NCBI RefSeq assembly: GCF_000018105.1
Contig: NC_009928.1
Coordinates: 210,001 to 242,000, forward strand
Direction of reading: 5' to 3'
DNA length: 32,000 bases
DNA from: Acaryochloris marina MBIC11017
Lineage (GTDB): Bacteria; Cyanobacteriota; Cyanobacteriia; Thermosynechococcales; Thermosynechococcaceae
The notes under the pieces are model-generated. The model saw only the letters and a list, made by a program, of their open reading frames with translations. It made no database searches and was not told the origin of the DNA. Below, in pieces: positions 1-8,984 of this stretch. Numbering within the stretch: the first letter of the stretch is position 1; the number at the start of each line of letters is the position of its first letter. The position numbers and the translations under genes are program-made.

Positions 1-422
1 ATGGTTTCTGAGGTAGCTGAGACCCGAAAGAATGGATTATCCCTCCTTAAACCATCTATATCTTTCTCATAAGAAATTTCTGATAGCCAACTCTTAAAAT
101 CTTCAGGGAAAGGATTTTGAACGATTACAGATATAGACTTTTTATTTACATGTTTGAGTAATCTGCCAAATTCTACACTCGTTGTGGAGGCATCCAAGTT
201 GAGATGTTCAACCTCACAACCTAGCGCTTTAAAGGTTTTTACCTTATGTTCTGTTGAAAATCTGGCTGCCTCATACTTAGCCAAGAGAGTAGGATCTTCT
301 AGATTAGGTGGTGGACTTAAGCGGATAATTGTTACACGCTGATTCGAAAAATCACCTGAAAATGGAGCTAGTATAGTTTTTACCTTTTTTAATACTGGCC
401 CCCCAGTAACTTTATTGACCAC
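1..422 (-). CDS. FolD-like tetrahydrofolate dehydrogenase/cyclohydrolase family protein, 3'-partial (runs off the window start)
   Basis: Own minus-strand translation from GTG at 422-420: VVNKVTGGPVLKKVKTILAPFSGDFSNQRVTIIRLSPPPNLEDPTLLAKYEAARFSTEHKVKTFKALGCEVEHLNLDASTTSVEFGRLLKHVNKKSISVIVQNPFPEDF..YEKDIDGL. This is collinear with the FolD N-terminal domain (..VQLPLP..KDVDG). The frame is open to position 1. It is missing from the ORF track because there is no stop in the window. The start overlaps the stop of the upstream ORF. Confidence 0.45.
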   Translation of the reverse strand, partial: MVNKVTGGPVLKKVKTILAPFSGDFSNQRVTIIRLSPPPNLEDPTLLAKYEAARFSTEHKVKTFKALGCEVEHLNLDASTTSVEFGRLLKHVNKKSISVIVQNPFPEDFKSWLSEISYEKDIDGLRRDNPFFRVSATSET

Positions 423-900
423 CTGCTAACCTATCTAAAATTTCTGACACTGAGGTGAATGAAACTCTAGAAAACAGTTCCTCTTGTTCAGATTCACTCA
501 GCACAACTTCTTTACGCTCCCACACATTGAAAGTTGAAGATAGAGGCCAAACGAGATAAATCTTTGTCAATCGGTCTGGAGTACCGATATTCTCAAACGA
601 GTCAGCCACTGAGAACATTCCATAGTGACAGATCCAAGTAACATCGGTAATTTTAGTTGGGTCAAGTAATTCAGGATATTGGTTTGCAACCGCTAGGGCT
701 AACTCTTCAAAGTGCCTAGAAACATGTTTTCCCATTTCGTTGTTGCTATAAAGTTCTGATGCCACCACATAAGCTTTCTGGGTTTGGTCATCAGAATAAA
801 TCCTGAGTAAACAATGACTCGGATCATCAGCTTGCCAATGAAAAATGGTCTCAACCACGGGGCTAAGCTTATGGGCTGCAATGACTTCTTTGCTGATCAT
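412..900 (-). CDS. hypothetical protein (162 aa)
   Basis: Track ORF. ATG preceded by a GAGG Shine-Dalgarno. Sits between the GT2 gene (stop 905-907) and the FolD-like ORF in a tight, overlapping operon arrangement. No recognisable motif. Confidence 0.5.
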   Translation of the reverse strand: MISKEVIAAHKLSPVVETIFHWQADDPSHCLLRIYSDDQTQKAYVVASELYSNNEMGKHVSRHFEELALAVANQYPELLDPTKITDVTWICHYGMFSVADSFENIGTPDRLTKIYLVWPLSSTFNVWERKEVVLSESEQEELFSRVSFTSVSEILDRLAGGQ

Positions 901-904
901 GTCG

Positions 905-1660
905 CTACCTCGCGAATGCTGGTAATGGAGTCTGAGATTTCTGTTGGTACTTCTGAATCGCCTGGGGCATCCAATCAGCCCAATCTGCCCTTATTCCTCC
1001 ATAGGCTAAGCGCTCATCATAGAGCTGTTGCAACTCCCTCGCCCATTCAACATAGCCTGATTGTCCAATAATGCCGTCCGTGGTCTGAATGTAATTTACT
1101 AAGACTTTAGGATTGAAGAAAAATTGTTCGCCCCAAGTGATGTCGCACTGGCTGATGCATTGGAGAAAAAACTCATAATCACAGAAGATCCTATAGTGGG
1201 GATTCCAACGTGGTGCCCCTATGCGTTGGTGAGTAAATCCATTGCTATCGAACAGCGAGCGCTGAGTAATCAGATCCTTAAGGGTCGTTTCAGGGTGAGG
1301 TGAGACAAAGGGGGTTCCCTGCTTGATCACCTGACCATCCTTAAGGACATCTCGACGACGCCATTGCTGGGGGAGGAAGAAGCGACACTGAGGCTGTTGT
1401 TCAATCCAAGTATTGATAGTTGCTACAAATTCAGCTCGAAGGCTATTGTCATCATCTAGGTAGCAGATATACTCTCCCCGAGCAGCATCTATGCCTAAGT
1501 TACGAGCAATGCAGAGACCAAAGCCTTCTGGGGGATGGTCAATTTCCAGGTATTGGTGAGCAAAGGGAAGTTCAGTAGATTGAATGAACTGACGGGTACC
1601 TGCATCTTTACCATCATTGATAATGACCCATTCAAAATCAAGGTCAGCTTGATTGAGCAA
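905..1660 (-). CDS. family 2 glycosyltransferase
   Basis: Track ORF with GT2 hallmarks: ..FEWVIINDG.., ..ARNLGIDAARGEYICYLDDDN.. (DxD). The family-typical first beta strand (KLSIVTATRHRATTLKNNALSSLL) lies upstream of the TTG at 1660, in the same open frame (open to 1780). No ATG, GTG or TTG is available there. Confidence 0.75.
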   Translation of the reverse strand: MLNQADLDFEWVIINDGKDAGTRQFIQSTELPFAHQYLEIDHPPEGFGLCIARNLGIDAARGEYICYLDDDNSLRAEFVATINTWIEQQPQCRFFLPQQWRRRDVLKDGQVIKQGTPFVSPHPETTLKDLITQRSLFDSNGFTHQRIGAPRWNPHYRIFCDYEFFLQCISQCDITWGEQFFFNPKVLVNYIQTTDGIIGQSGYVEWARELQQLYDERLAYGGIRADWADWMPQAIQKYQQKSQTPLPAFAR

Positions 1661-1859
1661 GCTAGAAAGGGCGTTATTTTTGAGGGTTGTAGCCCGGTGA
1701 CGAGTGGCTGTGACAATCGATAGCTTGAATGGTTGATCTCCTATGATTAGTCCAAAAGAAGACTGAGAATAGTTACAAGTTCAATTATATGCCTTGTATA
1801 ATTCCGATTGTGATAGAAAGCCCGATCTATGATGGAGCTAGCCTTTCCAGGTGCCCCAG

Positions 1860-2648
1860 ATGGCTTATCCCCTCTCAGCCACCAAACTCATCACCTACCA
1901 GCAGTGCCCCAAAGCCTACAACTTCAGATATGAGCGGGGACTCTCTTCACCCTCTGCCTTCGGTTCGCCTGCCTTTGGGATTGCCCTTCACAAAACTCTC
2001 GCAGATATCTACAAAGATTGGAACTACGGTTACCCCCTGCCTTCCCTCGATTGGTTCGCCGTTTGCTGGCAGGCACATACTGGAGAGCTGAAACCAGCCC
2101 AGATTCATGAGGGGTGGATGGCATTGCAGATCTATTACGAGAAATACGTTGCCCCACTTCCTCAGATCCGCAAGCCGCTTGGCGTCGAGGGCAAGATCAA
2201 GGCCAGCTTCCAGGTGAACAATATCGAGTTTTCCATCACAGGTCGTTATGACCGCTTAGACTATACCGATAATGGTCTGGAGCTAATTGACTACAAAACG
2301 AGCAAGACGATTGGCCCATCTGATGGAATAGATCTACAGCTAGGACTGTACTTTTTGATTCTGGAGCAGATCTACCCAGAGGCACTGGAAACGCTGAGTC
2401 TGATTTATCTACGGCAGGGGCAGAAAGTTACGTTTGATGTGACGCCTGATCATCACCAGCAGGTACGGGAGTTGATCGGGGATATCGCGGTAAAGCTCAG
2501 AGCAGATGATGAGTGGAAACCGGAAGTTGGGGAATACTGCAACCACTGTGGATATCAGAAGTACTGTCCTGCAAAGTCCGAGAAGCCAGAGCCATTACCG
2601 GAGGGGACGAAAGAAGCGCGGCAGGTTCAATTAGTGTTGGGATTGTAA
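1860..2648 (+). CDS. PD-(D/E)XK nuclease, Cas4/RecB-like, with a four-cysteine cluster
   Basis: Track ORF; the ATG at 1860 (MAYPLSATKLITYQQCPKAYNFRY) is preferred over the GTG at 1851. Core motif ..GRYDRLDY..LELIDYKTSK... One N-terminal Cys plus a C-terminal CNHCGYQKYC (C-x2-C-x5-C), as in Cas4/AddB Fe-S nucleases. Confidence 0.75.
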   Translation: MAYPLSATKLITYQQCPKAYNFRYERGLSSPSAFGSPAFGIALHKTLADIYKDWNYGYPLPSLDWFAVCWQAHTGELKPAQIHEGWMALQIYYEKYVAPLPQIRKPLGVEGKIKASFQVNNIEFSITGRYDRLDYTDNGLELIDYKTSKTIGPSDGIDLQLGLYFLILEQIYPEALETLSLIYLRQGQKVTFDVTPDHHQQVRELIGDIAVKLRADDEWKPEVGEYCNHCGYQKYCPAKSEKPEPLPEGTKEARQVQLVLGL

Positions 2649-2687
2649 TCAACACTTTAGTCATCCAAAGATGAGAATCTAAAAAAA

Positions 2688-3173
2688 ATGGCACACTACA
2701 ATTTCATTACAGTTTGGGACATTGATGCCCCTATTGAGGACGTTTGGGAGCAACTGATTCACTCTGAAGATTGGCCTCAATGGTGGCCTGCTGTCCAAAG
2801 TGTTATTGAATTGGAAAAAGGGGATGAACAGGGGATTGGCAATATCCGTGAATATCATTGGAAAACTCCTCTCTCCTATGCTTTAAGCTTTAAAACTCGT
2901 TTAGTTCGCATTGAACCGCCAATACTGATTGAGGGAATTGCAAGCGGCGAAGTGGAGGGAAAAGGAATTTGGGAACTTCAATCCATACCTAAAGGCACTC
3001 GTGTCCATTATTACTGGACTGTAGTGACAACCAAACTCTGGATGAATCTACTAGCATTGCTGCTTAAACCACTCATGGAGTGGAATCACAATGCAACCAT
3101 GAGACAAGGTGCCCAAGGTTTAAGCCAAAGGATGGATACAGAGGTAACTTGTCAGGAGATGGCTGATTCCTAA
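2688..3173 (+). CDS. SRPBCC (START/polyketide cyclase-like) family protein
   Basis: Track ORF. The N-terminus ..ITVWDIDAPIEDVWEQLIHSEDWPQWWPAV.. is typical of SRPBCC ligand-binding proteins. Confidence 0.7.
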   Translation: MAHYNFITVWDIDAPIEDVWEQLIHSEDWPQWWPAVQSVIELEKGDEQGIGNIREYHWKTPLSYALSFKTRLVRIEPPILIEGIASGEVEGKGIWELQSIPKGTRVHYYWTVVTTKLWMNLLALLLKPLMEWNHNATMRQGAQGLSQRMDTEVTCQEMADS

Positions 3174-3292
3174 GCTTTGGAAGTAAAGATCATGCAAGCT
3201 TTGATGATGCCCTTCAGTCGCAGTTGCAATGCTGTGATTTAGAGGGAGCTAGGAAATATGCCTGGGACTCTTGATCGATCAACCAATAAACC

Positions 3293-3661
3293 CTATAAAC
3301 ACCTACGACTAGCATCTCCCAGCAAGAAAACATGCACGAGTTTCTGTGCAAACTTGCACGGTATCACCCAATGAGCGCATCCCACGACTAGGTATGCTTC
3401 TGGTTCTCCGGTGAAGTAATAGTTGAGACAGACCTTGCACTTGTTCACCGAGTCGTAAAACATACAGGACAACTCAAAAAACTTGGGTGGGGCCATTTCC
3501 AGATTCGCAAAGCCCTCAACGATAACTTCTGAAGTCTTAAAGAGTTGGATTTCGATCTTCAAGCTTCCTGGCCCAGATATTTCCAAAGTCTGAGATTCTA
3601 TGCCGACTTGAGTCTCAGACTTCAGTCCTACTCGCCACCCTTCGATGTCGTCGCTCATCAT
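3293..3661 (-). CDS. hypothetical protein (122 aa), last gene of the phage-type operon
   Basis: Track ORF. GGAGGTGA Shine-Dalgarno upstream of the ATG. Starts 15 nt after the DUF5131 stop. Confidence 0.5.
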   Translation of the reverse strand: MMSDDIEGWRVGLKSETQVGIESQTLEISGPGSLKIEIQLFKTSEVIVEGFANLEMAPPKFFELSCMFYDSVNKCKVCLNYYFTGEPEAYLVVGCAHWVIPCKFAQKLVHVFLLGDASRRCL

Positions 3662-3676
3662 CCACTGTCACCTCCA

Positions 3677-4552
3677 TCAACCAAACTCTGGGAATTCCCG
3701 CACTCGAAGATCCTTGGGCCACTCCTCAGCATCCCCACCCTTTGCAGAACAGTGCTTGGGAACCCCCACGGGATTGCTGCCGAGCTGCTTGATAAACACG
3801 GGGATATTGGCTGACTTGCATTGGTCTCGAATGGAGCGAATCCAAGCCACATCACAAGGCCGAGCGCCTGAGCCAGACTCACCCCCGGTAATGCACCAGA
3901 TCGGAGACGATGATGCCAGATTAAGGTCTACTGCTTCCAATAACAGCTCACAACTCAAAAACCGGATGGCGGCTGGTATTTGCCCGAGTAAAGGAATCCG
4001 CTCGTCTGCGGCTTTCTGATTCTCGACTGATACGCCTAACCAAAGATTAGATAGGGGCCAATCCCACTGATACGATTCAAGGTCGGCTAATACCTTGTGG
4101 TTGATATTGGCGGATCGACCCTTATCGACAGCGGCAAGACGGATTCTGTTTTTGGCAGTCTTTAGATAATCCCGCATTCGTTTTTGCCGCTTGGTCAGCA
4201 TCTGAATTGTGACTTTGGGATTGAGGGCAATTGCAGCAAAAATCTGATCCAACCACTCGTCTTTAACCGCTGAATGAAACGGATCAGACATCGAGGGCAT
4301 GAATACTCGGGTCGGTTTGCGGAACTTGAATAGTTTCTCTAGTTGATCAGGGACAAAGTTCACCTGGCCCGTCCAGTTCCCCTTCTCATCCACAACACCG
4401 TGGTACTGGGAGAACTGTTGCAGTCGCCCTGACTTGGAAGCTCTGGCCACATAGCAATGTTCACAGCCGCTGCTTTTTGCACCTTTGGCTCTAACCTTTG
4501 TACAACCCACCAAACAGTTGATAGTGTGATCGGTCCATTCGATAGTGGTCAT
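3677..4552 (-). CDS. DUF5131 (phage Gp37/Gp68) family protein
   Basis: Track ORF trimmed to the ATG at 4552. MTTIEWTDHTINCLVGCTKVRAKGAKSSGCEHCYVA matches the family signature TxIEWTD..N...GC....GC..CYA. Confidence 0.8.
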   Translation of the reverse strand: MTTIEWTDHTINCLVGCTKVRAKGAKSSGCEHCYVARASKSGRLQQFSQYHGVVDEKGNWTGQVNFVPDQLEKLFKFRKPTRVFMPSMSDPFHSAVKDEWLDQIFAAIALNPKVTIQMLTKRQKRMRDYLKTAKNRIRLAAVDKGRSANINHKVLADLESYQWDWPLSNLWLGVSVENQKAADERIPLLGQIPAAIRFLSCELLLEAVDLNLASSSPIWCITGGESGSGARPCDVAWIRSIRDQCKSANIPVFIKQLGSNPVGVPKHCSAKGGDAEEWPKDLRVREFPEFG

Positions 4553-4592
4553 GTCTGTTTCTCCAAAAGTTTTTATCAGGCTTGCTTCATCC

Positions 4593-5219
4593 CTATGCTT
4601 CCGCTCCCCAACACTCCCAACCCGGACGAGGGCACCGGGCAAACAACTCAATTCGCTGGCCGCCCAAGGCATCACCTAGCCGATCCGCCATCTGGTAGAA
4701 CTCTTCAGGCTTTTGAGAGTGCTGACCAAAGGGAGCCTGGAATGCGGTGGGAATATTAGTCAATCCAAGGGCGGTAAAGGTTTTGGCCTTACCCTTGCGG
4801 CCTATGAGAATATGTTCAGTTGCATTTCGACCGTAATGCCCTACGCCGAATCGTATGCAGAATAGGTCTTTTGTGACCTTCAGCCATGTGTGGATGGCCT
4901 TTTACTCAAACCTCCAGGACTCCATAACTCTGAAGGCCAATGGCAGGTGGTTGTTGGTCGTCCATAGCAGCAGATAGGAGTCGGGAGCAGCAATCGAACT
5001 CACGGGCATTGCCATGATTTCCTCATCCGTCATTGAGGGATAAGGGCACCGCCCCCGGTGGGTTTTGTCGCTTTCTCTCAGGTGATAGCTCCAAGGCGGA
5101 TCAGCCGCTATCAGGGAGAATGCACCCACGGGAAGGGGTGGCGTATTGGGTATGAGGTTGAGCGTGATGGCAAGCTTCTGTTGGCCGAGCTTGTCGGTTG
5201 GTGCGTACTTAGTTTTCAT
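4593..5219 (-). pseudogene. MT-A70 family N6-adenine DNA methyltransferase with a single in-frame TAA
   Basis: The track ORF carries the DPPW catalytic motif (..LIAADPPWSY..). Own translation past the TAA at 4902-4904 continues in the same frame: KAIHTWLKV..GVGHYGRNATEHILIGRKG..GQHSQKPEELY..IELFARCPRPGWECWGAEA, stop at 4593-4595. The stop sits where the family has Tyr (WGFEY). The likely start is MKTKYAP at 5219. Confidence 0.75.
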
Positions 5220-5334
5220 GGGTGGCTGCTCAAGACATACCTGAGGAAGAGATAAAGAAACATGCCGAAGTAAATTGATTGCCATATAAGCCACCAGAGA
5301 AAGGTGTAGCTATTCATAAGGTGAGTTTCCATCG

Positions 5335-5496
5335 CTAAGCTCCCCACCGATTGGATTCTCGGCAAAACCCCTCGGGGTCTAGTTGAGATGACTTGAACCA
5401 TTCGCCACAAGCACGACATTGCTGCTTAGGCTTGGGGGTAAGACCTCGCTTGACGGCCTGAACAATCCGATGCAGAAAGCTGTTCTCTAATTTCAT
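5335..5496 (-). CDS. small Cys-containing protein (53 aa)
   Basis: Own translation: MKLENSFLHRIVQAVKRGLTPKPKQQCRACGEWFKSSQLDPEGFCRESNRWGA. AAGGAG Shine-Dalgarno directly upstream. Sits between the PAPS-reductase remnant and MT-A70. Below the track's size cut-off. Confidence 0.35.
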   Translation of the reverse strand: MKLENSFLHRIVQAVKRGLTPKPKQQCRACGEWFKSSQLDPEGFCRESNRWGA

Positions 5497-5507
5497 GTCT
5501 AATCTCC

Positions 5508-5861
5508 TTAAGTCGGTCCTGCATCCTCCCCAAATGCACCCGCAGCCAGAGTCCAGGCATTCGGGTCAACGAGGATGGGTAGTGTGTATTCTTGGCTCAG
5601 GGCTAACCAGAGCTGGTCAGGATGTTGGTGGATAGCGTCATTGACCTTGCCCTTAGATGCCAACTCAGGAATGGAAAGCTTGTTGTCGAGAGTGTGCTGA
5701 AATACTTGTTCGTACTGGTGCAGTCGCTCTGTGCGTTCTGGCGAGATGGCTAGATTGGAAGCCCATTGGTTGGGAGAGCCGAAGATACAGAACTGGCAGC
5801 TCAGCCGCCCCCAGCCCAGGTAATAGGCAGGATGAACCTGCACTCCCCAGCGTATTACCTT
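5508..5861 (-). pseudogene. PAPS reductase-like (PP-loop ATPase family, phage type), C-terminal fragment
   Basis: The track ORF plus the open frame up to the TGA at 5862-5864 reads KVIRWGVQVHPAYYLGWGRLSCQFCIFGSPNQWAS...AGAFGEDAGPT. From memory this resembles the C-terminal ~115 aa of phage/plasmid PAPS-reductase-family proteins. There is no N-terminal part and no start codon. Confidence 0.55.
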
Positions 5862-5937
5862 TCAATTTATTTCAAGGGAACCAGAGTAATTACCACCACT
5901 GTCTCTATAGTTATTGCCGTGTCACTGCTGAATACCG

Positions 5938-6606
5938 ATGGCCCATATTCTTATTGCTGAGGATGAACCACGGATTGCATCTTTTATCGAGAAAGGTCTA
6001 AAAAGCCATGGCTTTACCACTACTACCATCGGTGATGCGCATGCAACCCTATCCCTCGCGGCGAGTGGTGAATTTGATCTTTTAATACTAGACCTGGGAT
6101 TGCCGGATAGAGACGGACTTGAAGTTCTAGCTGATTTGCGAGGACATGGGGCTAAATTACCCATCCTTATTTTGACCGCCAGAGATGATATTCAAGACAA
6201 GATTTCTGGCCTTGAGGGTGGGGCAGATGACTATATGACTAAACCCTTTCGATTTGAAGAGTTACTTGCCAGGGTACGTGTTCGCCTGAGAACCAATATC
6301 CATCAATCAACCTCTCAACCACTGACGATGGTGGCTCGTAATGTGGTGCTAGATTTACGGGCTCGTAAAGCCAAAGTCCATGATCAGTGGATTGAACTAC
6401 CTGCCCGGGAGTTTATTCTCACTGAAGCTTTCTTCCAACATCCGGGACAAGTACTCAGTCGCCAGCAACTTCTAGATCGCGTCTGGGGATATGACTATGA
6501 TCCAGGATCCAACATTGTGGATGTCTATGTGGGCTATCTACGCAAAAAGCTGGGTGACGATCTGATTCAGACTGTACGAGGGGTTGGGTATCGGCTAAAT
6601 GCTTAG
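5938..6606 (+). CDS. OmpR-family two-component response regulator
   Basis: Track ORF. Receiver domain (..ILIAEDE..DLLILDLGLPDRDG..TAR..KPF) followed by a winged-helix output (..VWGYDYDPGSNIVDVYVGYLRKKL..TVRGVGYRL). Confidence 0.9.
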   Translation: MAHILIAEDEPRIASFIEKGLKSHGFTTTTIGDAHATLSLAASGEFDLLILDLGLPDRDGLEVLADLRGHGAKLPILILTARDDIQDKISGLEGGADDYMTKPFRFEELLARVRVRLRTNIHQSTSQPLTMVARNVVLDLRARKAKVHDQWIELPAREFILTEAFFQHPGQVLSRQQLLDRVWGYDYDPGSNIVDVYVGYLRKKLGDDLIQTVRGVGYRLNA

Positions 6607-8092
6607 TCTAGATGAAGACGTTATGGCAATATCCAAACAGCAAAAACATCTACTGATTATTCCCAATCGCTCACTATGGGGAAGTTTTTTTCGCCAAACC
6701 CGGACACGTATTTTACTGATGTACGTTGTCCTGCTGAGTCTATTCACAGGACTGGCAATTCCTCTATTTCAGGTCTTGGTTACAGCTCAGGTTTCTCGAC
6801 GAGTGCGGAGTGATCTCAAAGGAGCCAGAGAAGTTTTCCTGGAAGCCTATACCGATTGGGAACAACAACCCAATCAAACGAAGCGTGATCTAGAAGACTT
6901 TGCAGATCAGTTTTTATCAAATCAAATCCCCGAAGATGATAGCTTCTTCATCTTTATCATTGATCAAGATCTCTATCGCTCAAATCCACCGCGATTATTG
7001 GAACCAATGCGGCCAGGGTCTGAGCTTTATCAACAATGGGCCTCTGTGACTCAATTTAGTCGAGGAGAGTGGAAGACAGCAAATACGGATCTAGGCAACA
7101 TTCTTTATAAAGCAGAGCCGCTGATCGTAGATGGTGAACAACTAGGAATTATGGTGCTTGCTCATGATACGGCAGGAGAGCAACAAGAATCTTTAGCCAG
7201 CGTTTATACCTTCACCTTAATTGAAGGAGGGGTTGTATGTATTTCTCTCTTGTTGGCTTGGTTCGCGACAGGGAGGTTACTCAAACCTGTTCGGGAGCTG
7301 GCCATTGCTGCTCGCAAAATTAATGAATCTGATTTAGACCTGCGTTTGTCCCCACAGGGGTCAGGAGAATTGTCAGACCTAGCCCAAACCTTCAATGCGA
7401 TGATGGATAGACTTCAAGATAGTTTTAATAGCCAGCGTCGCTTTGTGAACGATGCGGGCCATGAACTCCGTACCCCGATTACAGTTATTCGCGGGCATCT
7501 GGAACTGATTGGAGATGACCCCCAAGAACAGCAAGAAACGATTGAACTGGTTCTAGATGAACTGGATCGGATGGGTCGGTTAGTGAATGACATGGTTGCC
7601 TTAGCCAAGTCTGAACACCCCGACTTTCTTCAATATGAAATGATTGATCTCAAGCAATTCATCTACGATTTGCATACCAAAGCCCAAGCCATAGCAAAGC
7701 ACAATTGGCAGCTCACCCTGAAATGCTCTGGCTCAATGATGGGTGACCGTCAGAGGCTGACAGGAGCCCTACTCAATCTCCTGAGAAATGCTGCCCAACA
7801 TACCCCATCCACAGGAACCATTGAGTTAGGTTGTAAACAAACCCTTACTCAAGTTGTTTTCTGGGTTAAGGATACTGGGAAGGGGATTGCTCTAGAAGAT
7901 CAACAGCGAATTTTTGACCGTTTTGCTCGCTTAGGCCAACGCCAATCGGAAGGTTCCGGCCTGGGATTAGCCATTGTTCAAGCTTTTACCAAAGCCCACG
8001 GAGGTAAAATTGAGCTGATGAGTCAACTAGGTGTCGGCTCTACCTTTAGAATTACGCTGCCCCTCTCTGCCCAAAATAGCACTGTGGTATGA
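6599..8092 (+). CDS. sensor histidine kinase (two TM segments, HAMP, HisKA, HATPase_c)
   Basis: Track ORF. The ATG overlaps the response regulator stop. H-box FVNDAGHELRTPIT, N-box LLRNAAQHT, G-boxes DTGKGI and GSGLGLAIV. Hydrophobic segments lie near aa 40-60 and aa 205-225. Confidence 0.9.
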   Translation: MLSLDEDVMAISKQQKHLLIIPNRSLWGSFFRQTRTRILLMYVVLLSLFTGLAIPLFQVLVTAQVSRRVRSDLKGAREVFLEAYTDWEQQPNQTKRDLEDFADQFLSNQIPEDDSFFIFIIDQDLYRSNPPRLLEPMRPGSELYQQWASVTQFSRGEWKTANTDLGNILYKAEPLIVDGEQLGIMVLAHDTAGEQQESLASVYTFTLIEGGVVCISLLLAWFATGRLLKPVRELAIAARKINESDLDLRLSPQGSGELSDLAQTFNAMMDRLQDSFNSQRRFVNDAGHELRTPITVIRGHLELIGDDPQEQQETIELVLDELDRMGRLVNDMVALAKSEHPDFLQYEMIDLKQFIYDLHTKAQAIAKHNWQLTLKCSGSMMGDRQRLTGALLNLLRNAAQHTPSTGTIELGCKQTLTQVVFWVKDTGKGIALEDQQRIFDRFARLGQRQSEGSGLGLAIVQAFTKAHGGKIELMSQLGVGSTFRITLPLSAQNSTVV

Positions 8093-8097
8093 AAAAC

Positions 8098-8263
8098 GTT
8101 CAATCTTTCTCCTGGGTACACCCAGTTCCAGTAGCCTGAGCAGACAGCAGATAGAGTCCTTACCACCCGAGAAGGCAACCAAGATACGGTCATAGGTGGA
8201 CAAATCAGGGAGCGTCGAGGCACCAGGTACTTGGAGAGGCAAGACCATTTGGGTGGTACTCAT
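8098..8263 (-). pseudogene. PAPS reductase-like protein, N-terminal fragment
   Basis: The first ~55 aa of track ORF 8027..8263, MSTTQMVLPLQ..YDRILVAFSGGKDSICCLLRLLELGVPRRKIE, carry the SGGxDS PP-loop. Family-like sequence stops at ~8098, a few nt from the convergent histidine kinase stop (8092). Confidence 0.6.
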
Positions 8264-8537
8264 GATCCTGCCCCTAACAACACAACTTGAGTCGAAGAGC
8301 GGGGCGTAAATCCATAATTCTGACAGTGGTGAAGTTCTTACTCCACTTCCCGGATTTGTCCTTGGAAATCATCAGAACGTGCTGTCTGGAGACTGTCGAG
8401 AACACCTTGAGACGGGTGCCGTTTTGTCTCCTGAGTGTTCCGAGGAAGTACACCAGATGATGCTGAGGCGAGTACACTTAATCGCTCATGGGATTTTCCT
8501 CCAGTATTCAATTGGTTAATTGGGGTTGTGGTTACCG

Positions 8538-8762
8538 TTAAAGTTCGAGATAGGTGACGGCAAACGAACCCTCAATATCTGCAGTGCATTTTATAAAGCA
8601 GATGCAATCACTGTCCGGTTCTAGGAAGTACTCCAACCAAAACTCATGGCGAACCTGATGAACTTCAGCAGGACAATCTGGATCGACAGCCAGCCAGGGC
8701 AAACACAACTGAGTCGTGATGACCGAGGGCATAGCAACCTTACAAGCCACCGATCCAATCAC
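8538..8762 (-). CDS. hypothetical protein (possibly starting at the internal ATG, MPSVITTQ..)
   Basis: Track ORF only. Cys/Asp-rich with no recognisable family. A short ATG ORF with an AGGAGA Shine-Dalgarno overlaps its 5' end in another frame, so the gene may be frameshifted. Confidence 0.3.
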   Translation of the reverse strand: MIGSVACKVAMPSVITTQLCLPWLAVDPDCPAEVHQVRHEFWLEYFLEPDSDCICFIKCTADIEGSFAVTYLEL

Positions 8763-8984
8763 AGCTCACTTCCTGCAATTCCAGAACTTCGATCATGGGG
8801 CTGTCTCCTATTTCTATTCATAAGCAAGCGGTGGCAACTTCATCCTTCTGTTGAAGTCGTAATTTTGTTGTGGTGGCTCACCCAAATCTGGCAGACATTG
8901 AGCAGATAAAATATAGATGTATTCTTCTCCGGCAACTCCCTTAACGGTGGGTTGCCCTTTATTTAAAGGAGAGAGAACACGTCT

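Noticed and set aside
3545-4759. Plus-strand ORFs 3545..3814, 3645..4019 and 4457..4759
   Set aside because: They are antisense shadows of the well-supported DUF5131 and MT-A70 genes, and their translations are Pro/Ser/Arg-rich.
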